A stretch of 64,000 nt of DNA from a virus (Duplodnaviria; Caudoviricetes): positions 64,001 to 128,000 of the IMG/VR virus record IMGVR_UViG_3300026549_000041. One strand, 5' to 3'. The notes below the pieces were generated by a model. The model was not told the origin of the DNA, did no database searches, and saw only the letters and a program-made list of their open reading frames with translations. Shown piece by piece: positions 36,601 to 46,012 of this stretch. The position numbers and the translations under genes were made by a program. Position 1 is the stretch's first letter; each line of letters opens with the position of its first letter.

Positions 36601-37937
36601 ATGGATGTAAAATTTAAAAGATTGAATGATTTAGCAAAGATTCCTACAAGAGGAAGTAAATTTTCAGCAGGATATGATTTGTATGCCGCTACTGACAAAG
36701 ATATTCAAATTCCTCCACATGCTACTGTAATGATTGGGACTGGTCTTGCAATGGAGCTTCCTGTTGGATGGTTTGGAGCAATCTTTGCAAGGTCTGGGAT
36801 TGCAACAAAAAGAGGATTGAGACCTGCTAACTGTGTTGGTGTCTGTGACGCTAAAGGAGATGATATGATTGGCACTAACACTAAAATGCGAATGGTGTGG
36901 TAAAGAATTTATTTGCTATCCTAAAAGATATAAAACGAGTAAACATCATTGTTGTTCAAAAGAATGTATGAATAATTTGCAAAAGCAAATTAGAGAAAGT
37001 AATCCTGATTATTTAAACTGCGTTTGTGATATATGTGGTAAAAAATTTCATGTTAAACCATCACAAAAAATGAGATATAAACATATATCTTGTTCAAAAG
37101 AATGCGATGCTGAATATAAAAGAATAAGAATGTCTGGAGAAAATAATCATCAATATGGTTTAAGAAAAGAATTAAACGCCTCATGGAAAGGTGGTAAAAG
37201 AGTTAGTTCTTATGGCTATTATTTAATATATATACCAGAGCATCCTTTCTGTAATGGAGATGGTTGTGTTTTTGAACATAGACTTGTTGCGGAAAAATAT
37301 TTATTAAATGATGAAAATTCAGTTATTGTAGATGGGAAAAGATATCTTAGTCCAGAATACGATGTTCATCATATAGATGAAAATAGATTAAACAATGATG
37401 TTTCAAATTTAAAAGTAATGCTAAAAGGAGAGCATGTGAGATTACATAATCTTGCTAGAAAACAAGAAAGAAATGACAAAGGTCAATTCATTGCGAAAGA
37501 ATAATTGGCGTCAGAAAATTGCGGGATTAAGCGGGAAGGCTAAGTTAACATGTATATAAAATAACATGATAATATGCTAATCCGAACCGAAGGCTATAAT
37601 TATTATAGTCAGGGGCAGAGCATAGGTAGTGAAAAGATATAATCTACCCACGAGACCGCAACTATACAAGATAATGTATAGAAAAGATATGCCGAACTTA
37701 TAGGAAACTATAAGAACTACAGGATAAAAAGCCAGTAGGATAACATAATTGGATTATCGTAATGAATATATTGTAGCTCTTCATAATGATACTACTGAGA
37801 CAAAAACAGTTCAGGCAGGAGAGCGTATTGCCCAGTTAATTCTTCTTCCTTATCAAACAATTGATTTTAAAGAAGTGGATGAACTTGATGAGACGGAACG
37901 TGGCGTTGGCGGATTCGGATCTAGTGGAGAGAAGTAA
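36601..37937 (+). CDS. dut: trimeric dUTPase, two exons: 36601-36852 and 37752-37937 (145 aa spliced)
   Basis: AGYDL, ARSG, spliced motif III GVCDA-DYR, RIAQL, RGVGGFGSSG. Confidence 0.93.
36853..37751 (+). mobile_element. group I intron in dut
   Basis: exon TGACGCT pairs with distal GGCGTCA (37507) giving U.G; TTGCGG/CCGCAA P3; P7 GCATA/TATGC; terminal G. Confidence 0.9.
36869..37504 (+). CDS. intron-encoded zinc-finger HNH endonuclease
   Basis: CEWCGKEF..CCSKEC repeats; EHRLVAE..VHHIDENRLNN..NL; TTG start after AAAGGAG. Confidence 0.88.
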   Translation: MALTLKCEWCGKEFICYPKRYKTSKHHCCSKECMNNLQKQIRESNPDYLNCVCDICGKKFHVKPSQKMRYKHISCSKECDAEYKRIRMSGENNHQYGLRKELNASWKGGKRVSSYGYYLIYIPEHPFCNGDGCVFEHRLVAEKYLLNDENSVIVDGKRYLSPEYDVHHIDENRLNNDVSNLKVMLKGEHVRLHNLARKQERNDKGQFIAKE

Positions 37938-37939
37938 TA

Positions 37940-38182
37940 ATGCCGAAATTTGATTATACAGATATACCATATAAACCAAAGATGAGCAGAAGAGAAGCGA
38001 TAGTAATACTGAATGATTATAGAAGCATTATCACGAATTCTGATTTTAAAGAGGCGTGTGAAGTTGCGATTTCCGAACTGGAAAAACAAGAAGATATTAT
38101 TATAAGAAACATCGAACTGACTGAATTGTGCAGTAAACTTACAAATATTCTTTCAGAGAACAAAGATACTAAGGAGAGTTAA
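37940..38182 (+). CDS. hypothetical protein
   Basis: GGAG RBS, 80 aa. Confidence 0.65.
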   Translation: MPKFDYTDIPYKPKMSRREAIVILNDYRSIITNSDFKEACEVAISELEKQEDIIIRNIELTELCSKLTNILSENKDTKES

Positions 38183-38829
38183 TGTATACAGATATAACTG
38201 TCACATTTTATGAAAAAGTTATCAACAAAGAACTACCATTAGTAAACATCAATTATATATTTAATGGCAGTCCAATTGATTTTGCCCAAGAGATGTGCGA
38301 TTGGCTTTCGGATAAAACAATTACTACAGCCAATTTTGATGTAGATTCTATTGATGTAGCCAATGGATGTGGTTGTCTAGTGGCGCAGTATATAAAAAGT
38401 CATAAGAGTGGATTTGGCGAAATGTATATTATCCCCTTTGATAAGACGTTTTATAAACACGCAAAGTTTAATTATCACATAATTATTGATGGGGATTTAT
38501 CAAAACTGTCATGCGTTGCAAATGGAATCACGACGATTAGAATGACCAAATTTGGCGGAAGCGTTCTTTTTGAGGGGAGTCCAAATGATTTACTCAAATA
38601 TATCAATAAACTAAATGATAAATATGGGACATTAATGAGTGCTAAAGAAATTCATAACCCAACCTATGAAGAAATTATACAGATGATGGACAGACACATC
38701 TCAGAACTTAAAACTCTTATGAAAACAGATCCTTTAACGGCGAAAGAATTGGCGATGCAATCTCTTATCGCAACTGGCATGTGGGATGAATACGGACACT
38801 ATATTGGATTGGAGAAGTTAAACGAATGA
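38182..38829 (+). CDS. hypothetical protein
   Basis: TAATG overlap, ANGCGCLVAQYI motif. Confidence 0.7.
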   Translation: MYTDITVTFYEKVINKELPLVNINYIFNGSPIDFAQEMCDWLSDKTITTANFDVDSIDVANGCGCLVAQYIKSHKSGFGEMYIIPFDKTFYKHAKFNYHIIIDGDLSKLSCVANGITTIRMTKFGGSVLFEGSPNDLLKYINKLNDKYGTLMSAKEIHNPTYEEIIQMMDRHISELKTLMKTDPLTAKELAMQSLIATGMWDEYGHYIGLEKLNE

Positions 38830-39581
38830 CAGAAAAACAAGCGGTAGAAGTTATGGAGAGAGCGAGAGATAGTGGTTCTCCTCTCCCCAATATTGTTGAG
38901 TATTCTGAGGCACTCAGAAAGACTTATGAAGTTTTAGGAAGTAATTATACAGAGGAACAGTTAAATAATTGGATTCTTTGTGGTAAGTATCCTTTTCTTA
39001 TTCCTAGATATGATTGGAGTGGGGAAATTATAGAAGATTACGATTACACATCTACATATCTTGATGATATTCCAATAGGCTGGAAGATTGCATTTGGGGA
39101 AATGATGTGTGAAGAAATTAAACAGGAACTTATAAGATGTAATTATCTTGATGAATTTAGAATTATACAAGCGAAAGAAAAATTTGGCGGTTTAAGAATA
39201 TATACTAATGGTGAGCCAATAGGTTGTAAAGTTCAAGAGATTATAGACAAGTATTCGACTTTATCTGAAAACATTTGTATTATCTGTGGCAAACCAGATG
39301 TTCCGATAACAAACAGTGGATGGATTAGCCCTTATTGTAAGAAATGTTTTACGACTCCAAACGATTGGTATAAAAAAGAATTTCCAAACGAAGTTGATAA
39401 ATGGATTAAAAACCACCTTGAAGATTGGGAAGAATATAACAAAGAAGAAAACAATAAAATGGTTGATTCTTATACCGTTAAAAGTTGGTCTAAAGAGTGC
39501 GGTGAGAAAACAACTACATACAATATCTCAGAAACTGCTAATAAAATTAGAGCAAAGTGGAAAAATGAACATATTAAATAA
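38826..39581 (+). CDS. hypothetical phage protein
   Basis: QAKEKFGGLRIY..CIICG..WISPYC pattern. Confidence 0.75.
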   Translation: MTEKQAVEVMERARDSGSPLPNIVEYSEALRKTYEVLGSNYTEEQLNNWILCGKYPFLIPRYDWSGEIIEDYDYTSTYLDDIPIGWKIAFGEMMCEEIKQELIRCNYLDEFRIIQAKEKFGGLRIYTNGEPIGCKVQEIIDKYSTLSENICIICGKPDVPITNSGWISPYCKKCFTTPNDWYKKEFPNEVDKWIKNHLEDWEEYNKEENNKMVDSYTVKSWSKECGEKTTTYNISETANKIRAKWKNEHIK

Positions 39582-39756
39582 ACTAATTTCATTATTTTTA
39601 AATAATAAAAAAGCGGTTACCAATACTGTCTGTTGTTCTGGTTGTAAACATTTGTTTTACTGGAATGATGGCAGTGTTGGATGTGATATTGAAAAAGAAT
39701 ATATCTGTATACCAAATGGTTTTATCTATAGAGAGGAGTCAAAAAATGATTCATAA
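39565..39756 (+). CDS. small Cys-rich protein
   Basis: CCSGC..C..C. Confidence 0.55.
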   Translation: MNILNKLISLFLNNKKAVTNTVCCSGCKHLFYWNDGSVGCDIEKEYICIPNGFIYREESKNDS

Positions 39757-40162
39757 AAATAGAGGCAATAGACGCTGGATGGATAAGCGTAAAAGAAGAA
39801 GTAAATATAATCTTTGTCAGAGGATTTGGGGAGACGCTATGTACTTCCTTGATGGTATTCTTGGTAAATATGACAAGGGTAAAATTCATGATATTGACCA
39901 TGCTGAAAAAACAAATGGTAAGGTTGCAGTAAAGAATGGTAAAGACAATGTTTCACGAGTAGGCACTCTTGGCAGACTTGGTAAGAACTACTCTCACTCC
40001 GATAAAAAGAAAATTGAAAGTTGTAATGATAAACTTAAAAACTATGAAGATGAATCTGAGTGGGAGAAGGTCGATGCAATAATCGGTACTGATGATAGTG
40101 AATCTTATTACGAATGTGTGGCAGAGAATAGTGGAGAAGCAAATGACGAATTATGGAGATAA
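39746..40162 (+). CDS. hypothetical basic protein
   Basis: GAGGAG RBS. Confidence 0.65.
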   Translation: MIHKNRGNRRWMDKRKRRSKYNLCQRIWGDAMYFLDGILGKYDKGKIHDIDHAEKTNGKVAVKNGKDNVSRVGTLGRLGKNYSHSDKKKIESCNDKLKNYEDESEWEKVDAIIGTDDSESYYECVAENSGEANDELWR

Positions 40163-40310
40163 TGAAATAAAACAATGTTGTAAGTGCGGTCGCTATATGC
40201 GTTTTAATATTAAATACATTAATGGAAGACCATTCGTAGGGTGGGAATGTGTTTGTGGATACAATGAACCTGTTATTAAGATTTTTTATTCAAATCGGAC
40301 AATCAAATAA
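40143..40310 (+). CDS. zinc-ribbon protein
   Basis: CCKCG..WECVCG. Confidence 0.6.
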   Translation: MTNYGDNEIKQCCKCGRYMRFNIKYINGRPFVGWECVCGYNEPVIKIFYSNRTIK

Positions 40311-40328
40311 TACGTATAAGGAGAATAA

Positions 40329-40751
40329 ATGAAATATCCAAATTTAGAATTGATTGAATATATAACAGATAATCTTGCTGTAGAAACTTTTGATACTTTA
40401 TATAATTCTTACACTCATCGATTTAAGATGTATGTGTTTCCTCAGACTTGGAGTTCAACCGCACTTGGATTTAGTGGATGTGGTGGACAGGCGATAACCG
40501 AAGCGTACACAACGGTTGTCGAAATGAGTTGGGATTATATAAATAAAACTGATGATATAAGAGGATTAAACCTTACAGAATCAAAAGATAGAATTTATGC
40601 AGTATTCTTTGATGGTAAGTTTGCATATATGTATCTGAATCCCAGTGAACAGTTTTTTAAAGATTTAAATAATAGATTTATGGAATCTCAAAAAGGGTCG
40701 CAAATATATGATGAAGATTATACTGGTAATGAACGATTATCCTTTTCATAA
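40329..40751 (+). CDS. hypothetical phage protein
   Basis: FPQTWSSTALGF..GGQAIT.AYT motif. Confidence 0.75.
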   Translation: MKYPNLELIEYITDNLAVETFDTLYNSYTHRFKMYVFPQTWSSTALGFSGCGGQAITEAYTTVVEMSWDYINKTDDIRGLNLTESKDRIYAVFFDGKFAYMYLNPSEQFFKDLNNRFMESQKGSQIYDEDYTGNERLSFS

Positions 40752-40822
40752 TTATATTTGTAGTGTAACAGGATTAACATGTTGTGGATGTTCTTTGTAT
40801 TGTGAACATAGGAGAGAAAAAG

Positions 40823-41017
40823 ATGACAAAGAATGAATTATTCATAACCATAATTTGGGGAATAGTAGCATTAATACTGGGTATTTTTACATTTTATATA
40901 TGTCTTGAAATGATAATTATGGGCATACAATATGGTGATATTTTAAGTATTATATCTGGAATTCCATTATCTATTATAACTTTTGGTCTTTTATGCGAAG
41001 ATTTATTCATGTTATGA
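40823..41017 (+). CDS. two-TM membrane protein
   Basis: AGGAG RBS, hydrophobic. Confidence 0.6.
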   Translation: MTKNELFITIIWGIVALILGIFTFYICLEMIIMGIQYGDILSIISGIPLSIITFGLLCEDLFML

Positions 41018-41032
41018 ACATAGAAGAGAAGA

Positions 41033-41257
41033 ATGAATGACGAGTATGTGGAACAAATCCTCAAAAATCAGTTAGCAATTATGAATGTATTATATAATAT
41101 GTATTTACCAACAGTCTCACAATATCATTGTGGAAGCGTAGAGAGAACGATTGCGACTGATAACGGTAATAGGCTTATATATAATATTGAACAGACTGTA
41201 AATCTACTTGGAAGAATGCACAATGAAGACATCAATAGAACAAATAAAAAAGATTAG
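41033..41257 (+). CDS. hypothetical protein
   Basis: 74-aa co-oriented ORF. Confidence 0.6.
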   Translation: MNDEYVEQILKNQLAIMNVLYNMYLPTVSQYHCGSVERTIATDNGNRLIYNIEQTVNLLGRMHNEDINRTNKKD

Positions 41258-41573
41258 AAATCAATACGGCTTCCCCATATGGTTAATTAATGAAGCTTTA
41301 AAATATTATAACAATGATGAAGATAAAACCGTTAAAAGATTAAAAGAAATATATTGTGCCGCTGGAGACCACCCAGATATTTATATAAAAAGAAGTATTG
41401 AAAAATTCATGAAAGAAATAAAACATCAAAAGGCTGAAGATAAAATTGATGAGATAAGATTATATCTTGATAACAATTTACATCCACTTGTTAGTCCAAA
41501 TAATTGGCAAGTATATTCTGATTTAGTTGATATGATAGATGAATTGGGCGAGTTGATTGAAGAAAATGGATAG
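41223..41573 (+). CDS. hypothetical protein with EF-Ts N-terminal (UBA-like) resemblance
   Basis: SIEQIKKIRNQYG..INEALKYYNNDEDKTVKRLK. Confidence 0.55.
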   Translation: MKTSIEQIKKIRNQYGFPIWLINEALKYYNNDEDKTVKRLKEIYCAAGDHPDIYIKRSIEKFMKEIKHQKAEDKIDEIRLYLDNNLHPLVSPNNWQVYSDLVDMIDELGELIEENG

Positions 41574-41586
41574 GAGAGAATAATAT

Positions 41587-42273
41587 ATGAGTATAACAAT
41601 AACTGCACAACAAAAGCAAGAAGTATTTGAACCAATGTTCAAGAATTTTGAGACAGAAGAAATCTTAGAATATTTTAAAGAAGTGGTAACTAAAATACCA
41701 GATGCTATCTTTTATAAACCAGCAAGTAGTTCTGGAAAATATCATAATTCACAACAGATTGGTGAATATGGGCAATTAATTCATATTTATATGTTTTCTG
41801 ATATTCTTAATATGTTTCTGGATTTGGGATATAACAAACATAGATTTTCGAATCCAATTGAAAGGGATTTAATGAGATGTACTCCTGCATTGCATGATAT
41901 GTGTAAATATGGAATGGTTGGAAGTAGAACTCATACTACCAGTAAACACCCTCTTATGGCTAAAGAAAAATTAATTGAAATTAATAATCAAAAGAATTTC
42001 AATCATCCATTAAAGGAAGACCAGCTTAAAACATTATGTGAAATGTGCGAAAGACATTCTGGAGAATGGAATGTTTGGAAGGATAAACAAGCCTCTTATG
42101 GATATTGGGGAGATATTGGCGATGAAGTAACAACTGGAGAGATGGAAAAACCACAAAACGATAGAGACATATTGATTCATGAATGTGATATGTTAGCTTC
42201 CAGAACTTTTCTTACATATGTTATACCTGATGATTTGATTGAAAGATTTGAAAAGAACATCAAAATAAAATAA
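41587..42273 (+). CDS. HD-domain phosphohydrolase
   Basis: PASSSGKYH, H..ALHDMCKYG, RHSG, IHECD. Confidence 0.85.
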   Translation: MSITITAQQKQEVFEPMFKNFETEEILEYFKEVVTKIPDAIFYKPASSSGKYHNSQQIGEYGQLIHIYMFSDILNMFLDLGYNKHRFSNPIERDLMRCTPALHDMCKYGMVGSRTHTTSKHPLMAKEKLIEINNQKNFNHPLKEDQLKTLCEMCERHSGEWNVWKDKQASYGYWGDIGDEVTTGEMEKPQNDRDILIHECDMLASRTFLTYVIPDDLIERFEKNIKIK

Positions 42274-42344
42274 CCCAATATCCAATCTCTCCTTTCTAAA
42301 GGTAATCAAAGGTAATCATAAAAGTAATCAAAAATAATTAGTGT

Positions 42345-42373
42345 TTGACAAGAACAGACCACTATGATATTAT
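42345..42373 (+). promoter_or_regulatory. sigmaA-type promoter before the tRNA-Thr relic
   Basis: TTGACA-17 nt-TATTAT with TG; preceded by AAAGGTAATC-like direct repeats. Confidence 0.7.
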
Positions 42374-42402
42374 ACATTTGTTGTCGCCAAGACAGCAAAT
42401 AA

Positions 42403-42475
42403 GCTGGCATAGCACAGTCGGTAGTGCGTCGCATTGGTAGTGCGGAGGTCACGAGTTCGATTTTCTTTGTTCTGT
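42403..42475 (+). pseudogene. tRNA-Thr(GGT) with broken 3' end
   Basis: intact D arm and TCGCA-TTGGTAG-TGCGG arm; 3' T-stem and acceptor strands mismatched. Confidence 0.75.
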
Positions 42476-42514
42476 TATTAATTGTATAAGCCAAAAAATC
42501 ACCTCCAAAAAAGT

Positions 42515-42547
42515 AAAAAAAAATAGGGAGAGTACAAGACCCTCCCA
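42515..42547 (-). terminator. rho-independent terminator of the late arm
   Basis: GGGAG/CTCCC hairpin followed by a T run on the minus strand. Confidence 0.7.
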
Positions 42548-42563
42548 TTAAATATAATATTTA

Positions 42564-42836
42564 TTACTCACCAGTAGGCTCTGTTTCTTCTTCGGGTTCT
42601 GGCGTAATAACCACATGTTTATAACACTGGTTTGCAATAGCCCTGCCATCACATGTAAGAAGAGTTGCACTATGCTGTGGCAGTTCAGAAATAGCCGCCG
42701 CCGCAAGTACCTCGTGATATTTTGATTCTGCTTTAAGTCTAGCCTTTGTTGAATCTGTATCATATGCAAAATGAACAATATGACCAAATTCACCATTTGC
42801 ATACTGTTGAATTTCAATAATATAAAATTGATTCAT
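42564..42836 (-). CDS. small tail-associated protein (possible fibre chaperone)
   Basis: AAGGAG RBS; downstream of fibre gene; acidic PEPEE tail. Confidence 0.65.
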   Translation of the reverse strand: MNQFYIIEIQQYANGEFGHIVHFAYDTDSTKARLKAESKYHEVLAAAAISELPQHSATLLTCDGRAIANQCYKHVVITPEPEEETEPTGE

Positions 42837-42859
42837 AATTTTTCTCCTTTATTTAGTTT

Positions 42860-43207
42860 TCATTCCTCGCTCACCTCTTCGGGTTCGGGTATCGGTTCAG
42901 GTGTCATGTCGGGAAATGCTCCGATGCACTCACGCATGATCTGCCGTCCGTCTGCTCTTTCCAAAGTGACCACCATCATCACACGAGTGGGGTTGGCATT
43001 CGCATAGTTGGTGGATAACTGTGCAAGATATGCGGATTTTGCCATGCTCAAGGCTTTCTCTTCATCTCCGTTCGGATTGCCGTCCGCAGAGGGATATGCC
43101 CGTGAATCGAATGTCTTGGGGAATCCCGAAACGACTGAGAAAAGCCCTTCGGGATGGGATTCTGAGGTTACTACCTGAGAGGCGTTTACGATATAGATTT
43201 GTCTCAT
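42860..43207 (-). CDS. small tail-associated protein, apparent paralogue of 42564-42836
   Basis: AAGGAG RBS; MRQIYIV...TLERADGR...PEPEE. Confidence 0.65.
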   Translation of the reverse strand: MRQIYIVNASQVVTSESHPEGLFSVVSGFPKTFDSRAYPSADGNPNGDEEKALSMAKSAYLAQLSTNYANANPTRVMMVVTLERADGRQIMRECIGAFPDMTPEPIPEPEEVSEE

Positions 43208-43221
43208 GCAGTGTCTCCTTT

Positions 43222-43587
43222 CTACTGCTGATAAAGGATTGTGTACGTGTCCCCTGCTGATGCAGTCAAAGCATACGTGTACGACCAAACCTTAGATGTA
43301 TCCGATTCATGACTGTATAAGCTGTTCCTGTACCTAGAAAATACGTTATTATTCGGATTCGCCAAATCATATGCTCCATGCACCAACTGATTATTTATAA
43401 ACGTATTCGGGTCTAAATTGTCCTTGACAATTAGTGCAAATGTCACCCCAGTGGGGAGGTTGTTTGCTATAAGCTTAGCAAATCCAGCAGCCCATTCTAT
43501 GGCATTTTGCACTGTCACCCGTTTTTGTTTCCAAACTCCACTCGCCATACTCAGCATCACTCTCCTTCTTACTTCAATCATGTCCAT
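43222..43587 (-). CDS. hypothetical tail-tip protein
   Basis: RRRVML N-terminus typical of genes following fibre genes; overlaps fibre stop. Confidence 0.65.
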   Translation of the reverse strand: MDMIEVRRRVMLSMASGVWKQKRVTVQNAIEWAAGFAKLIANNLPTGVTFALIVKDNLDPNTFINNQLVHGAYDLANPNNNVFSRYRNSLYSHESDTSKVWSYTYALTASAGDTYTILYQQ

Positions 43588-45176
43588 GACATCACCGCCC
43601 CGTAGATTCCATCAAGGATGTTAATCTCATACGTTGTATCCGCTTCTGCCACAAATGCTCCATCGGGAAATTTGACCGTACTAGGCAGAGTTACTACTGT
43701 CGGAGTTGAGCCACTCGTAAACACCACATCGCAGATGCCTGTCTGACTAGGAGTGAAATCCAGTGTAGCAACTTCTCCGCAGACGTATCTGTAATCTGCC
43801 TGTGCGGCAATGGTAGGAGTCGTGCCTGTCACGTTGACCGTCACCATGCCGTTGTGACCATCCATCACATCAGCCGTCTCCGTTCCGTCCGCATCGGTGA
43901 TAGTGATTCTGTGTCCGCCTGTGATGGGAGTTATGGTGACTGTCGGGGAGATGCCGTCAGCACCAGTGTCACCCTTTGCGCCTTGAATACCTTGCGCTCC
44001 TGTCGCACCAGTATCGCCCTTGTCTCCCTTATCGCCTTTGTCACCCTTAGGACCTCTAATACCACGGGCATCAACATTGGTATTTACGTATTCAGCGTTA
44101 CTTGCGTCCCACGCATACCAATAACCATCAACAACTTTTGGATAGTGAGTAACATTAGTAGCAGATTGATTTTTATATTGTTCTGCTTCGTTTGCAGACT
44201 GAGATGCACTATTCGCAGATTGACTTGCACTATTTGCACTTTGACTGGCAGAACTAGCGCTCTGACTAGCGCTTTGAGTATCTTCTTTAACACTATCAGA
44301 TATATCTTCAATTTCTTCAGCTGTTTCATCAATTTGATTTTTTAAAGCTTGAACATCATTTTTAAAATTTAATGTTTTATCCCTATATCCTTTTGTTTCA
44401 TCTCTATAATCAACAGTATATTGTTTTGCCTGAACAGCTTGATTCTTTACTTCTAAAGCTTCATCTCTATAACCCAATGCTTCATTGGATGCATTAGTAG
44501 CAACTTCAGATTTTTGTTGAGCAATGTTTTTAGATTCAAGAGCACTCTGAGCAGATTGTTCAGCTTGTTGGGAATAATTCAAAGCTTTATTTTCTGATGT
44601 GGCTGCGTTCTGCGCAGATGTTTCAGCTCTTCCAGAAGCATCAATTGTTTCCTGTGCTTTTTGATTAATAGTAGTAGCAGTAGAATCAATATTTTCTTTA
44701 AGAGTAATAACATCTTCTTTAATATTAGAAACAATTATTTTATCAGAATCTGTTTTATTTGCATTTTCAGTTGTTATATCAACAGCATTATTTAACTCTG
44801 CAATTGCTCTATCTATTGTAGATTGCTGTACAGGAAGAGGTTCTTCATCCGTAGGTTTGGCTCTTTTAGTTAATGGTATTCTAACTTCATATATAGTCTC
44901 ACCATCAGTTGTTTTACTATGCAGATATATCCAAGCATAAATCTGTAAAGCCCCATTCCAAAAATATTCATCGGGAATCTCAACTAAATTATCACTACCA
45001 ATTTGAGTTTTAGATTCACCTTTATCTTTATTTGAAAAATGCACTTCAAATGCTTGTGGCAAATTTAAATCTGCAAAGTATAAATATTGCCCACGATTAT
45101 ATTGATATTGTGATTTAGAGGTGACTTGGTGTTTGCCTTTAAAATATATGTAAATTATATTTTGTTTTAAAGCCAT
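43578..45176 (-). CDS. tail fibre/baseplate protein (BppU-like N-terminus, coiled coil, collagen repeat)
   Basis: SA-rich heptads, GPKGDKGDKGDKGDTGATG repeat, C-terminal TLPSTVKF..TTYEINI. Confidence 0.8.
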   Translation of the reverse strand: MALKQNIIYIYFKGKHQVTSKSQYQYNRGQYLYFADLNLPQAFEVHFSNKDKGESKTQIGSDNLVEIPDEYFWNGALQIYAWIYLHSKTTDGETIYEVRIPLTKRAKPTDEEPLPVQQSTIDRAIAELNNAVDITTENANKTDSDKIIVSNIKEDVITLKENIDSTATTINQKAQETIDASGRAETSAQNAATSENKALNYSQQAEQSAQSALESKNIAQQKSEVATNASNEALGYRDEALEVKNQAVQAKQYTVDYRDETKGYRDKTLNFKNDVQALKNQIDETAEEIEDISDSVKEDTQSASQSASSASQSANSASQSANSASQSANEAEQYKNQSATNVTHYPKVVDGYWYAWDASNAEYVNTNVDARGIRGPKGDKGDKGDKGDTGATGAQGIQGAKGDTGADGISPTVTITPITGGHRITITDADGTETADVMDGHNGMVTVNVTGTTPTIAAQADYRYVCGEVATLDFTPSQTGICDVVFTSGSTPTVVTLPSTVKFPDGAFVAEADTTYEINILDGIYGAVMSWT

Positions 45177-45210
45177 TATATTTCTCCTTCACAATTTATT
45201 TTCTAATTTG

Positions 45211-45242
45211 AAAAAAAGGAGAGTGGTTTGACTCACTCCCCT
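45211..45242 (-). terminator. rho-independent terminator after lysis cassette
   Basis: GAGTG/CACTC hairpin plus T7 on the minus strand. Confidence 0.7.
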
Positions 45243-45258
45243 CTATATTATTTACAGT

Positions 45259-45552
45259 TTATCCAACAGTAGTCTGTCCGATTTTTCCAATAAGGTCACT
45301 GACATAGTTAGAACCACGGCTCATAACAATACCAGTTAATACCATTCCAATATAATGATTAACTGTCAGTCCAAGAGGAATAAACATATCTGCATTAAAT
45401 GCAAATGCAAGACCAATACCAACAACAATTGTCACTATCTGTGTAATTGCTGTCTTTTTCTCTCCACCATAAAACATTTCAGCAATGTTTTTACCATATT
45501 CCACAAGACCTTCAATCAGAATTGCTACTGCAATAATAATCGCTATATTCAT
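45259..45552 (-). CDS. putative holin
   Basis: three TM segments, TGIVMSRGSNYVSDL; next to lysin. Confidence 0.75.
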   Translation of the reverse strand: MNIAIIIAVAILIEGLVEYGKNIAEMFYGGEKKTAITQIVTIVVGIGLAFAFNADMFIPLGLTVNHYIGMVLTGIVMSRGSNYVSDLIGKIGQTTVG

Positions 45553-45566
45553 AATTTATTTCCTCC

Positions 45567-45980
45567 TTAATTACTAACCTTAAAATTATTTTTTTCTAAA
45601 CGTTCTTGATAATCGTTCTTAATGTATTTAATTGATGCTTCAGTTTGATGATTCTTGAATTCGGGATGCTCCCTACAATAATTTAAATAATTTGTAATAT
45701 CTTGCATTACTTGCACATAGCTATCATGACTATGTTTCCATCCTTCAAGAATTTCATCCATAAATTTAAGAATACGGACACGACATGAAATTGCACTGCG
45801 CTCACTTAATTCGCCATCAAGCTTATCAATCTTTTCATCAAGTTTTTTAATCATTTCAATTATTTTGTTTGAACTATCTTCTTTATTATCCTTGCGTTGC
45901 AACAGGAATTGTATAAATCCCCACAACGCATTTGAACCTATAACAGCCACAAAAATTGCTATAATTGAATCTCTGTCCAT
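45567..45980 (-). CDS. holin-like single-TM protein
   Basis: N-terminal TM, coiled coil, YLNYCREHPEFKN motif. Confidence 0.65.
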   Translation of the reverse strand: MDRDSIIAIFVAVIGSNALWGFIQFLLQRKDNKEDSSNKIIEMIKKLDEKIDKLDGELSERSAISCRVRILKFMDEILEGWKHSHDSYVQVMQDITNYLNYCREHPEFKNHQTEASIKYIKNDYQERLEKNNFKVSN

Positions 45981-46012
45981 CGGTATATCCTCCCTATAAT
46001 TTATAATATATA

